DNA from: Octopus sinensis
Lineage: Eukaryota
NCBI RefSeq assembly: GCF_006345805.1
Contig: NC_042998.1
Span: 180,792,001-180,856,000, forward strand
Length of the DNA: 64,000 nucleotides
Reading direction: 5' to 3'
Positions within the stretch are counted from its first letter, which is position 1, and every line of letters starts with the position of its first letter. Made by a program: the position numbers and the translations under genes. The notes under the pieces were generated by a model. That model was not told where the DNA came from and did not search any database. It saw only the letters and a program-made list of their open reading frames with translations. Positions 12,398 through 24,682 of this stretch are shown here, piece by piece.

Positions 12398-14536
12398 CTG
12401 AAACTTGTTCCTTCTTGCAAAAGCGATTTTCGAAAGAAATTTTAATGATGTCTAAATTCCAACGGAAGAGGAAATGTAAAGTTGTGGCAGTCTTCTGTAA
12501 TAAGACAGAAAAAAAGAAGCTAATTCAGTTAGAAAATTAAGTCAAACCATCCGATTATTCCGTTCACTGGAAGTATACCACGCTAAATATTGGCTTACCA
12601 AACATGATAGTATGTAATTGTTTATTTGGAGTTTTTTCCCACTATTGTTATTTAAAACCTGAAAACTAATAGTCATAATATATATCTGTCTTCGAGAACA
12701 AACTTGTGGAGATGCTGAAGTGCAGAGCTAGTGGGAAACCGAACATATAGCTTACCATTAGATCAATGAAATGAATTAATATCATAGCTTGAAGCTAATA
12801 CTAAAATGAGAGGTATTAGTTTTGATATTTTTAATGAAAGTATAGAAGCCTCGATATTATCAAACTATACTACAGATGTATTATTTTTATAATAGATTTC
12901 ATTTATAGTTTTGTATGACTTTCTATCTTAGAAAGGGAAATCGAATTTTTAGAGAAGAGAAGTTCTGGTTCACTCTATGACATAGTAGGCCACCCAGCGA
13001 ATGACTGCAATGGTATGTTGAGAAGTTTACGTTGTTAATTTGCTGTTGTTTAGTGTTGAGATTTCTCTTTGTCTAATCTACGATGAACAACGAAACAAAT
13101 GGGCAGGCCGAGGTCAATATTTGCACAAAAATTATGAAAAGATAAAAAATAAAGCCCTATTGAATTGTTTCATGCGGGTAAATATCATAGGAACGTATGG
13201 GAATTGTATAATGATGTTCCAGGTGTTTGCATAGCCGAGGAAAATGAGAAATTGTTGGATACAGATTCGATTTATAAACGTGTCAACACAATAGGGAAGA
13301 TACTTTGATTGGGTAAGGCGTTATTAGCATTGCTAGTATTTTATGACTATTATCATTAGGCTTGTTGTTATTTTAGACCAAATCCTATCACCAACAAACT
13401 AATTACAATATGGCTTGTTGATGGAAAGTTATTGACTGACAAAACTTCAGTTCGGAATGGAAACAGAAAAACCATTATCACAAATTAGAATCGGGAATTT
13501 TTTTTTTTTTTTTTTTTTTTTGTTTGCGGTTAATTATTACATTTCATTCTGGTTGCTGAAGTTAGCCGTAGCGTTGAATATGGCATCCCTTTCACAACAA
13601 ATATGAGGCAGGCTTTAAAATAAACAATCTCAGGGAATGTTTTTTCTCGTTCCACAAATAGAGAAGCTATCAAGACGATATGGTAAAGCAATTTCGACCT
13701 ATTTTCTCTGAATCTTTCACTAAACCCATCTGTTACACTCCTCAGCCTGATTTATGATATCTTATGAGTTGTTTATGGTCTTTCTCTCTTTAAATATATA
13801 TACATTTTTTTTAAAGTTACATATTTTTTTCATCCTTGATGAAAGATGTTTTGGTAACTTCCAGAAAATATCCAGGACACATTTCGTGTATTTTACACGC
13901 CTGATGCTTTAACTAGATTCAGCACCAGATCGAAAAATTAATTTGTCTGGTTTCATAAAGAAACTTTAAACTTTGATTTCTTACTTAGGTAGAAAGCCAC
14001 AGATTTATAAAAGCAGAACAGTTAAATTATGGGACGTTTTTGTTTTTTACAACATTTAGGGAAAATATTGAAATTTCAAATATATCTCGTTAAGTAGTAT
14101 GTTGGAAAGCAGTATTAAAATTGTTGTAGCTGGTAGAAGAAATTCTGATACAAATAGAATACAACACTTAATAATTAGATTTCTCTCTAAGGCATTGACT
14201 TCCTTTCATTCTGTTCACCACGCTAATTTATACGTAATATACAACCTCAAAAACACCATATTTATACATATGTAAATGCATGCAGAATGTTTTTATCTTA
14301 ATATTTATTAGAATAGATTGTGTTGCTCTGGAGAATATTTAAGTGGAAGATAGTGCAATACTCTTGCAACATGGAACACACATAAGACATGATGGGTTTT
14401 TTTTTTATATCAGAATATAATGCTTGCTTATTGGATGATGTAGCTTCAATATTTAAGAACACCGCCTATAAAATAATCTGGAATAATAATCATTACTGGT
14501 TTATTTACTGCAAAATTGCAAGAAGGCCTGCTTGTT

Positions 14537-14969
14537 ATTGGTTTCAGATTTTTGGTACAAAGCCAGAAATTTCGGGAGAATGAGTAAATCGATTACATCA
14601 ACCCTAGTTCTCGACTGGTGTTTATGTTATCGATTCCGAAAGGATGAAAGGCAAAGTCGACCACAGCGGAATTTTAACTCAGAACATAAAGACGGACAAA
14701 ATATCGCTAAACATTTTGCCCGGTAAGCTAACTACACTTATTTCTTTATTGCCCACAATGGGCTAAACACAGAGGGGACAAACAAGGACAGACAAACGGA
14801 TTAAGTCGATTACATCGACCCCAGTGCGTAACTGGTACTTAATTTATCGACCCCAAAAGGATGAAAGGCAAAGTCGACCTCTGCGGAATTTGAACTCAGA
14901 ACGTAGCGGTAGACGAAATACCGCTAAGCATCCCACCCGGCGTGCTAACGATTCTGCCAGCTCGCTGCC
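14537..14969 (-). mobile_element. SINE A dimer (head-core-tail1 + older core-tail2)
   Basis: Two cores in tandem; flanked by the short direct repeat ctgcttgt. Confidence 0.88.
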
Positions 14970-15193
14970 GTGCTGCTTGTCAATATGCACAAGGCAAATC
15001 GTAAGTAAAACACGGGACATTTTTTTCTATCGGCTCAGTGAAAATTACAACTGATTTCGGATTTAATATCACACGTAATATTTCATTTCTACTTTCACTG
15101 ATGAACACAGTAGGCGTACGAAATATTACGTTTAAACATATCTTACACACAAATACACACATACATACACGCACATACATACATACATATATA

Positions 15194-15256
<63 letters not shown>

Positions 15257-15259
15257 ATA

Positions 15260-15448
15260 TAGTTAATTCAAACATGAACAAAGAGAAAACACAACAACGC
15301 TATGACGTGGAACAAGTATAGTGTTATTGGACGCTTAGAAAAGGAAAGAAAGGAGGATTTAACGTTTCAAGCAGAAACATAGAAAAAGGAAAGGTCCAAG
15401 GAAGGGAAGACGGAGAGAGAACATCGCCAACGGTTCACACGCGGTCAC
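15260..15448 (-). mobile_element. Short Penelope-type element family E (hammerhead core deleted)
   Basis: Inverted homolog of 16555-16762, lying between (TA)n and (CA)n tracts; lacks the acgaagagcccc segment. Confidence 0.7.
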
Positions 15449-15461
15449 ACACACACACACA

Positions 15462-15520
<59 letters not shown>

Positions 15521-15522
15521 GT

Positions 15523-15605
15523 ATAATCAAATGAATAATAACAGACGATCGATAATTGTCAGCTGACAATTATCCATCGTCTGTTATTATTATTCATTTG
15601 ATTAT
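15523..15605. repeat. Near-perfect ~83-bp palindrome
   Basis: ataatcaaatgaataataacagacgat-cgataattgtcag|ctgacaattatc-catcgtctgttattattattcatttgattat. Confidence 0.9.
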
Positions 15606-16018
15606 TATGATACACCAAGGGGATTCACGACTTGTCAGACACTCTAGATTATACCAACAGCGTACAAGTCAACGTAACGCGTGATTTAGACCAGTCCCTA
15701 GACGCTAAATACTCATAGGGTTGTTTTTCCCTGTGTACACAACAAGAATATCCTATATGATACTTACCAACCATAGGCCGGAACCACAGGTTTATCAAAC
15801 CCAACCTGGCGCATATGTTTTTAAGCACCCGATTCTATCTGAATCTTTATTTTACTATACATACATATATATGTATGTTATATAGCTAGCTAGAGGCGAT
15901 GTCCTCTTGGAGCTAATCAATGGCAGCTTTCGTTCTATATATATGGACTGCCATATTAACTTGGCGATAACTATTAATATCTAGTACCGCTGCCGTAGTC
16001 TCCTTTAGAAAGACTTAG

Positions 16019-16191
<173 letters not shown>

Positions 16192-16194
<3 letters not shown>

Positions 16195-16535
16195 TGTGTT
16201 CAGAGGGATTCTTTGGGATTTGAATAATTCACCTCTGGAAACATGGGTGGTTCTTTCAACATCCTTAAACAACCCTTATTCAGGGACCTTTTGAGCAGGA
16301 TGGTCTACTCAACCTGAAGAAAATCCTAACTGGGCCCCACCTGCAAGGTCATGTGCTGTTTATCTTGATATGAGATCACCATGTCGCGCACATATGGTTA
16401 TGATGCATGTGCCTAGTGTACCCTTATCAGACGGGTAGTCATGATGGGTATATTGGGCTTCGTATATTTTACCCCAGTGTCACTTTGATAGCATGAACTG
16501 CTCTCTCACTCAATAATAATAAAATAATAATAATA
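16192..16535 (+). mobile_element. Retroposon family D copy, 5'-truncated, (AAT)n tail
   Basis: Homologous to 10633-10915 in the opposite orientation; AAT/AAC repeats on both sides. Confidence 0.8.
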
Positions 16536-16554
16536 TCTGTGTGTGTGTGCGTGC

Positions 16555-16762
16555 GTGACAGGGCGTGTATCGTTGGCGATTTTTTCCTCCGTCTTCCCTT
16601 CTTTGGATCTTTCCTCTTTCTATGTTTCTGACGAAGAGCCCCGCTCGAAACGTTAAATCATCATTCTCTCGTTCCTTCCTGAGCATCCAATAACACTATA
16701 CTTGTTCCACGTCCTCGCGTTGTTGTGTTTTCTCTTTGTGTTTTCATGTTTGGATTAACTAT
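16555..16762 (+). mobile_element. Short Penelope-type element family E with a minimal hammerhead motif
   Basis: (TG)n - body - (TA)n; contains CTGACGA-A-GAGC-CCC-GCTC-GAAA-CGTT. Confidence 0.7.
16622..16660 (+). ncRNA. Putative minimal type I hammerhead ribozyme
   Basis: Core boxes CUGACGA (16628-16634) and GAAA (16647-16650); stem II GAGC/GCUC; palindromic AACGUU in place of stem III; short stem I guuu/aaau. Confidence 0.6.
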
Positions 16763-16789
16763 ATATATATATATACATACATATAGACA

Positions 16790-17050
16790 AGTCAGATAAA
16801 AAAACAATTCAAATAAACGAATGAAAACGGACAATCTGAGGAGGTGCACAAATATGTATTAGCTCGACGCTCGGTGAAAGGAGAGAGTTTGACGTTTCGA
16901 GCATAACACTTCCTCGGAACGGAGAAAGGGATAAGTCCAAAGAAGGAAAATATATCACCAACGGCACATGTATAGTTTACATTGGTGAAGTGACTGAAAG
17001 AAGAAAGTGGTAAAGTAGCTTTTGGGGGACAGGAGAGTCTGAAGATGTTC
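16790..17050 (-). mobile_element. Diverged family E-like element with a degenerate hammerhead
   Basis: Minus strand ccgaggaagtgttatgctcgaaacgtc followed by gagcgtc..taataca, colinear with family E. Confidence 0.5.
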
Positions 17051-17051
17051 A

Positions 17052-18030
17052 GTATGTATGTGTGTGTGAGCGTGTGTGTCTATGTGTGTGTACGGTAGCA
17101 GCTGTGTGTGTGTTTGTGTGGGTAGTTTATTGTGTATGAGTGTGTGCTAGTATTTGTGTACGTGTGTGTTTGTGTTTGTGTGAGTAGTATGTGTGTATGT
17201 GGTAGTGTCTGTGTGCGTGTTTGTTTAAGTAGTGTGTGTGAGTGTGGTAGTATCTGTGTGCGTGTGTGTTTGTGTGAGTAGTATGTGTGTATGTGCTAGT
17301 GTCTGTGTGCGTGTTTGTTTAAGTAGTATGTGTGAGTGTGGTAGTATATTTGTGCGTGTGTGTTTGTGTTTGTGTGAGTAGTATGTGTGTATGTGGTAGT
17401 GTCTGTGTGCGTGTGTGCGTGTTTGTTTAAGTATTGTGTGTGAGTGTGGTAGTATCTGTGTGCGTGTGTGTTTGTGTTTGTGTGAGTAGTGTGTGTGTAT
17501 GTGGTAATGTCTGTGTGCGTGCGTGTGTGGTAGTATCAGTAAACGTATGTGTTTGTGTTTGTGTCAATCATCGAGCAGGTCTGTGGCGACAGTTGAGATT
17601 AAAAGTATGTGTGGGTGTGGCTGTGTTTACATATGTGCATATGACGAAGTGAGAATGTGTATGTGCGTATTGGTGTGTGTGTGTGTTTATGTGTGTGCGT
17701 GTGAAAGTGCGTTGATGGTGTTATTGGTATTTGTTGGAGGGTGTGCGTGTGAAAGTGCGCGTATGTGTGAGAGTGTGTGTATGAGTATAAATCTAAGGGC
17801 GTGTATGGGTGTAAATATGAGCATGTGTGCGTGCATATGAGTGTATGTGTCTGTATATATTTGCGTATGAGTGTGTGTGAGGAGGACTTATGTGTGTGTG
17901 TGTATGGCTACGTGTGTGTATGCGTATGAGTGTGTGAGAGTGCATGTGTGGGTGGGTGTATGTGTATATATGCGTGTGTCTATATGTGTGTGTATGTCTT
18001 TTGGCGCGTATGTGTGTGTGTATTGTGTAA
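17052..18030. repeat. TG-rich tract with a ~95-105 bp higher-order minisatellite (about 4 units, 17150-17540)
   Basis: gtagtatgtgtgtatgtggtagtgtctgtgtgcgtg recurs at ~17183, 17278, 17378 and 17485. Confidence 0.85.
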
Positions 18031-18263
18031 GTGGAGGATTCCATTTGTACATGTCGGGATATTCTTTATAGCTTTTACTTGTTTCAGTCATTAGACTACA
18101 GCCAACAGTGAGACAGAAAATGATGATGTACATATACATTTTTAATGCATTCCGGTAGATTTGAAACTAAATGTTAAATCACTTTTTGCATTTCGCCTTC
18201 GAAGAACACCTACTTGCAGATGATGTGTTGAAAAACTCGCACGCACATGACTCCCAGACTTAG

Positions 18264-18467
18264 GGAAACCGACTCTGGCTCTGTAGTACAAATGTCTTAT
18301 TTTCATAAGTTTTTAATTAAAATCGCCCACCAAATCTTAGTCACAATTTATGTTTCTAACACCAGCTTAATGATAACTAAGTTATTTTACTAAATTCTTT
18401 GTTATATTTAAAGTAATTGAGAGAGATACAGAGCATCTCAAAATAAATACAATAACAAAGGGGTTAA
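18264..18467. mobile_element. Possible piggyBac-type MITE, one end preserved
   Basis: Ends aacaaaggGG-TTAA; the other TIR is not visible. Confidence 0.4.
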
Positions 18468-18573
18468 AACACTGATGTTTCAACTTAGTTGTATATTTAC
18501 GGTCAAGGTTACTCACGGATAAATGAAACTAAACAAGAATGCTAGTTCTTCTTTATGTACACATCAAATTCTA

Positions 18574-19109
18574 TTGGGTTGTCCGGAAAGTTCGTGCCGA
18601 TTTTTAAAGGAAAGAAAAGGGTCAATAAATACTTACCATTACATTTTTAATCAACCAAATATGAATCATTTTGTTGCACAATGCGTCTCCATCTTTCCTT
18701 TAACTTGAAAATACCCTCTTCCCAGAATTGAGGTGGTTTCATAGCAAAGAATTCATCAAGGTATCTTTTTACGTCATCCAAGGAATTGAAATTTTTACCA
18801 TTAAGACTATTGTGCAGAGACCCGAATAAGTGGAAATCCAAAGGAGCAATATCTGTTGAATATGGAGGGTGGGATAACACATCCCAGCCGAGCTGCAGCA
18901 ATTTTTGTCTGGTTCCCAAAGCATCAAGTGCTGAAAATGAACTTTCTTATCTTCCATTTTAAAGGGTTACAGAATTAACACAGGTTATAGCTTAAACTGT
19001 GCTCTAAATGGAGGTGCAGTCAAATCCTATTTTATGGACTCAACCATGTTCTAAAATAAGTCGAAATGTAAGCTACTATAAATCGGCATGAACTTTCCAG
19101 ACAACCCAA
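18574..19109 (-). mobile_element. Internally deleted mariner element with both TIRs
   Basis: 30-bp TIRs ttgggttgtccggaaagttcgtgccgattt / aaatcggcatgaactttccagacaacccaa with TA on both sides. N-terminus MEDKKVHFQHLML (ATG at 18957) is fused to the C-terminus ..LGWDVLSHPPYSTDIAPLDFHLF..ERWRRIV (YSPDLAP-type motif). Confidence 0.93.
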
Positions 19110-19704
19110 TATAAGCAAGAACCACCAGCCTTGTTAATTTCATTGATCGATGGGTAACTTTCACAAAGAATTTACAACTAAGTCAAAATACTGGTGTCAC
19201 AAAGGTCCGGCGTGGTGTCGGCAGACTTAGTCTGAAAGAATGTCCTCTCCGAAGGCGAAATATAACAGCGAGTAACAAAATCATGTATTTGCAGAAACGC
19301 ATTAAGAACGCCTATGTTGAAAAGTTTTAATTGCGTCTATCGTATTGATCTCATAAGACCTACTGCCGACCATGGGATTATACTCTTGTATGTGACCGAT
19401 TCAATAAATAAAATTTGGAAATAAAATATTTAATTATATCATCGTGTTGTGGTACTTAATTATAAACGCCAAGCTGATATAATAGATATAGGAAATTATA
19501 TTCTTCTTAACTTCAGGAGTAGATAGGTGAGATAAGCAATACCTGAAGAAAGTTAAGAAAAGCGAAAGATATATGCGTGTGTACATACACACACACACAC
19601 TCACAAATCCACCCACACACGCACACATACACACACACACGCACAAAAACACACACACACACACGCACACACTCACTCACACATATATACACACAAATAT
19701 ATTA

Positions 19705-20400
19705 TCTCCTATGAATTACGTTAACGTGAATATTTGATACGTAATTTGATACGGAAACTTGCTTGGTCACTCGACTCTTTGTAAACGGCTGATAGAGGAG
19801 AGACAAAAGGCATATGGAGCGATAGTCTTTTTTAAAGTCTTTTTTATCACCCTTTTTATGAAGTAGATTGGTCTTTGGCTCTTTCTACATAGAAAGTATT
19901 TTGCTCTCCTTCAAACAGTGATTGAAACGTAGAGCGAGGATTTTCAATAGATCTTCACCACCGCATCTTAATATCTCTGTTGTGATGCCATCGTTTTCAG
20001 GATCTTTGCCGGTTTTCATCAATTTGAGAGAAGTTTCAATTTCACTGACATTTGAGGAGGTGAAGAATCGAGCTTCACTGAAGATTTTAAATGGTTGGTG
20101 TAGAAAGTTTTCCTTACCTCTTCCATCTCCCCTTTGTCTATCACCGTGAGCTTATCCTTATCGATAGGCACCTCTGGTCTATAGTGTACCAGCCCTCTCT
20201 TGCATTTTTTAAACTTCTCCCCTCTTCAGCCTGCACCAATTTCTTCAGTCAATAATTCACGAAGTCATTTCCTAGATGTCTCATCTCTTTGCAGGGAACA
20301 GAATACTGGAGGTATTCATACATTTCTGTTTCCCTAGCATTTTCTTCGTCTCCACCCATATTTTTCCTTCAAGCTGCCACTGGCTTGCAATTCTTGCTTT
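19705..20400 (-). mobile_element. RTE LINE, inverted 5' segment (linker and early RT domains)
   Basis: Minus strand: ..EMEEVRKTFYT..SEIETSLKLMKTGKDPENDGITTEILRCGGEDLLKILALRFNHCL..DYRSICL..DQASFR..QIFTLT. Confidence 0.8.
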
Positions 20401-22030
20401 TCATGTACAGTGAATGAATATAAGCTTTGTCTGTGCCCTCACCGTTATTGATTCCGAAAAGGTATTTGAAAGCATCAAGATGAAAGCAGTGTTGAAATCT
20501 CTGGAAATGCAAGGCGTCGAGGCGCAATACAGCAAACTGATCAGATATGCGAACTTTTGATGCACAGCAGAAATAGCTCTGCTATTATCACATGTAAGGG
20601 CTCCAGTTGGAAAACTTCCCAAACGAAGAGATATCGTCTCTCCAAAGCTCTATAAAGCGCCGAGCTGGCAGAATCGTTAGTACGCCGGGCGAAATTCTTA
20701 GTGGTATTTTGCCTGCCATTACGTTCTGAGTTCAAACTCCGCCGAGGTCGACTTTGCCTTTCATCCTTTCGGGGTCGATAAATTAAGTACCAGTTACGCA
20801 CTGGGGTCGATGTAATCGACTTAATACCTATGTCTGTCCTTGTTTGTCCCATCGATGTTTAGCCTCTTGTGGTTAATAAAGAAATAGGTATTTCGCCTGC
20901 CGCTACGTTCTGAATTCAAATTCCGCCGAGGTCGACTTTGCCTTTCATCCTTTCGGGGTCGATTAAATAACTACCAGTTACGCACTGGGGTCGATATAAT
21001 CTACTTAATCCGTTTGTCTGTCCTTGCTTGTCCTCTCTGTGTTTAGCCCCTTGTGGGTAGTAAAGAAATAGGTATTTCGTCTGCCACTACGTTCTGAGTT
21101 CAAATTCTGCCGAGGTCGACTTTGACTTTCAGCCTTTCGGGGTCGATAAATTATGTACTAGTTATGCACTGGGGTCGATATAATCGACTTATTTCCTTTG
21201 TCTGTCCCTTTTTGTCCCCTCTATGTTTAGCCCCTTGTGGGCAATAAATAAATATGCTCTATACGGCATGTCCAGAAATGGCCATTAGGGACATTGAGGG
21301 GACAGGTAGCGTGGACACTAATGGCGAGCAACTAGCACACCTTTGATTCACAGAGGACATTGTACTTATCGCTAGATGCAGACCATGCTGACAGAGATGG
21401 GAACTCAAGACTCAAAGCTTAGCATTAGTCCTTAAAATGAACTGCATCGAAACAAAATATATGCGGTCGGAATGTATAGCACAAGGCTGAATAGAAGTGG
21501 GAAGCAACGAAATCGAGGAAGTAAAGAAGTACGTCTACTTAGGGCATACGAGATATGGATGGTGAAATCTCACGAGAACAAGGGCAGGATAGAAGGTGCT
21601 TACTTCAATGAAAGATGTTCTCAAAGCAAAGATAGACAATAGCATAAGTACCAGATTCATTAATAGCAACGTCCTGCCTGTGCTCTTATAACCAAGTGAG
21701 ACGTGGGCTACTATAAAGAGGATAGAACTTCAATTGGTTACAATGCAAAGGACCACCAAAAGATCCATACTATTCGAACTGAGACAATTCGACAACGGAG
21801 CGGAGTGAACGATGTGATTACAGAATACACATGTTCGCTGGGCCGAACATGTCGCAAGGCTCACAGACAAGAGATGGACACAAGGTAACGCCGTGTGGTA
21901 ACCAAGAAATCTGATAAGTCTACTAGGAATGCTTCCATGAGGATGGGGTTATGAATGAATGCATCTCAAGATGGAAAAGAACGGTGCAATTAAGTCAGAG
22001 TCGAAGCGCATTGTGATGGTCTGGTCGATA
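20401..22030 (+). mobile_element. RTE LINE, 3' segment (RT domain 3 onward), interrupted by a SINE trimer
   Basis: Plus strand: NEYK..IDSEKVFESI..LKSLEMQGV..DIVSPKL [SINE] ..NGEQLAHL*FTEDIVLIA..IEEVKKYVYLG..SNVLPVLLYPSETWAT..VARLTDKRWT. Confidence 0.8.
20655..21255 (+). mobile_element. SINE A trimer (one head, three core+tail1 units, ~184-bp period)
   Basis: Units restart at ggtattt at ~20703, 20888 and 21071; TSD gctctata at 20647-20654 and 21256-21263. Confidence 0.92.
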
Positions 22031-22215
22031 ATGTAATATGTAACACACACACACACATATGGTTTCAGTTGTCAATAATATATATATATTATTCCAAACA
22101 TACAGGGAAAATTCAATTTAGTAATACTAAATCAAATTTCACAATATATAATATATGTATATAATTTAGAAAAGATGTTTCTAATTTATATACATATATA
22201 ATTTTCTAGTAATGA

Positions 22216-23534
22216 TATGATTGATTGATTGATTGATTCTAGTTTCAGCTTATGAGCTGTGGCCATGCTGGGGCACCGCCATTTGGTGTTGCTACTTGGT
22301 TTCACTTCACGGAGGCTTTCTAGCAACTGCTATTTGGTGCATGAGAGAGTTCGATGCAGCTGCCCTCATCTGCCCCTCCTGCCGTGAAGTTGGTTCATCT
22401 GGGACACCTGACAGGAAGAGATCCAGCTTCATTTTAAAGACATCTGTATCCACCCCATGCAGGTCTCTCAGGTTCTTCGGGAGGATATTGAAGAGCTGTG
22501 GCCTCGGAAGCCCAGGCTATCACAGAATCTTGTCCTACATCTTGATGGCAGGTTTGGAGTCCTAGGCACCACGCAGTGGCGCCCAGTTTGGCATTTGCGT
22601 AACTCTCGATGCCAAAGTTCAGGACACTTCCCTCCAGGATCTTCCAGAGGTATATTATGGCATATCTTTCCCGCCTACGCTCCAGAGAATATAATTTATC
22701 TCTTGAGTCTTTCCCAGTAGCTTACATTCTGCATAGAGGCTATCTTCTTTGTGTAGCTTCGTTGGATCGCCTCAAGTTCTGTGATCAACTTGACACTGGA
22801 TGGTGACCACAGCTGAGAGCAATAGTCAAAGTGGCTTAGGACAAGTGTCTTCCAGAGGACCATCATGGTTTTTTGTTCTCTTGTTCTAAAGGTTCTAAGA
22901 ATCCATCCAGCCAGCCGTCTACATTTCATTGTCAGTTTAGCAACATGTACATGAAAGGTCGCGTCATCACTCATGTGAATACCCAGGTCACGCACTGATT
23001 GTGCCTCTGGGATTGCAATCCCTCCGGGTCCAGTGTATTCAGTTTTGCATGCTGATAGTATAAAGCTTGAAACTTTCCAGCATTGAACTGCATGCTATTC
23101 TTTTCAGCCCACTTGTATATTTCGTCCAGCTCACATTGCAGGTGTTTAGTGTCCTCAGGGTTCTGTATTGCCTGTGAAACTTTTGTATCATCTGCTAACT
23201 TGTGATCGTGGCTCTCTGCGTGGCTGAGGGCATGTCTGAGAGGGCCATTATGAACAGTAGTGGTCCCAGAACAGTGCCCTGCGGAACACCGCTCACTATT
23301 TGTGTGTTAATGGAGGTGGCCCCATTGGCTACTACCACCTGACTTCTATCCTTCAGAAGTCATGAAGCCATTCTCCCAGTTTTCCAACTATGTTGAGATC
23401 ACGCAGTTTGTGACATATCATTCCATGATCGACTTTATCAATGGCCTTTGCAAAGTCGAGATATATCACTTCCACATTTGAGTGGTTGAGCAGCCGTTTC
23501 AGCACCCAGTCATAGTGTTGTAGGAGCTGAGTTA
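22216..23534 (-). mobile_element. 5'-truncated CR1-group LINE (RT pseudogene + 3' UTR)
   Basis: IYLDFAKAIDKVDHG, SGVPQGTVLGPLLF, ADDTK, RDLGIHM..DYCSQLWSP..LEAIQRSYTK..YWERLK..LYSLERRRER, with frameshifts; (ATCA)n tail at 22218-22238. Confidence 0.92.
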
Positions 23535-24095
23535 ATTATATATTATAGTTTGCTATTCTTTTCTTATATAAGTTAAAATTTAATTATATATTATAGTTTG
23601 CTATTCTTTTCTTATATAAGTTAAAATTTATTTTCATAGACATAATAAATATTTATACCTATTTATTCTAGTTTTATTTATACTAGAATATATTTGTAAA
23701 GATATTTCACGTTTATATTTTATGTTATATTATTGTGTTTTGCTTGATTTTTATCGTAAAATTGCGTATTTTTATATTTATTTATATTTTCTTACAAGGT
23801 TATATACGTATATTTATTTATTTAATTATTTTATTGTTTTTATCTTGGACCTGAAGAGTGACTATATATTTAAATTGAATTGATTTTACTGTTATCAGTT
23901 TTAAAATATATCCACGAAACACGTGTATTCCTTTTACCAATTATATACTTTTTATATTTATTATTTTGTACATTACTTGGTGTATTTTTTATCATATATT
24001 TAATTTTTTTCTATATGGTATAATTTAATTATATTGTTATTTCATTGTTGAATTGATAAAAGGTGTTATTTTCCTAATTTATATACATATATGGA
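23532..24095 (+). mobile_element. AT-rich Penelope pLTR-like relic with a hammerhead motif
   Basis: T-rich strand bias and a hammerhead at 23845-23931. ctaatttatatacatatat occurs at 22180 and ~24074, suggesting the CR1 inserted into this element. ~48-bp tandem duplication at 23532-23628. Confidence 0.5.
23845..23931 (+). ncRNA. Putative type I hammerhead ribozyme with a long stem II
   Basis: CUGAAGA (23851-23857); stem II closed by GUG/CAC with an imperfect AU-rich extension; GAAAC-ACGU-GUA (23916-23927, palindromic loop III); stem I ggac/uucc with one mismatch. Confidence 0.6.
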
Positions 24096-24300
24096 TATGT
24101 GATCTTAATTAAAATATATAATGAGACCAAAGTTTGCTATGCGTTTTCTGTACTGTTTTTAGGCGTTTTCTGTACTTTTCAATATTTTTTTCTTTATTTA
24201 AACGTTCTTGTACAGAAATTGATTCTTTGCGCTGGTAGAGGGTGAAAATTGTGAAATTTGGTTGGAGAGTCCCTGCACACCGCTCTCTCGCTCTCTCTCA

Positions 24301-24345
<45 letters not shown>

Positions 24346-24366
24346 AATATACAGAGAGAAAATGAG

Positions 24367-24404
<38 letters not shown>

Positions 24405-24682
24405 GAAAGAAAGATAGGATAGAAAGAGTTTAGGTCACTGATGATCTAAACTAATAGGTATGCGGTTTGAGTGCTCCAGTTCATAGGCTACTAAGATCCA
24501 AATTCGAAACGGGAGGCTGGAGTTGTGGTAGCCACCGTGCAGTAAGGAGAGAAACGTAAATAATTATTTATGTTTGTTTATTTCGATGCACTATTAGAAA
24601 CAATTCAAATGAACTAATACGCCTCTTCTGCCTAGATTTTGTTTTCCTCCTCCTTTAATATATATATGTATATATTTTTTGA

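Noticed and set aside
13255-13285. DTDSIY motif suggesting a Polinton-type polymerase B
   Set aside because: An isolated short match with no correctly spaced neighbouring motifs or open frame
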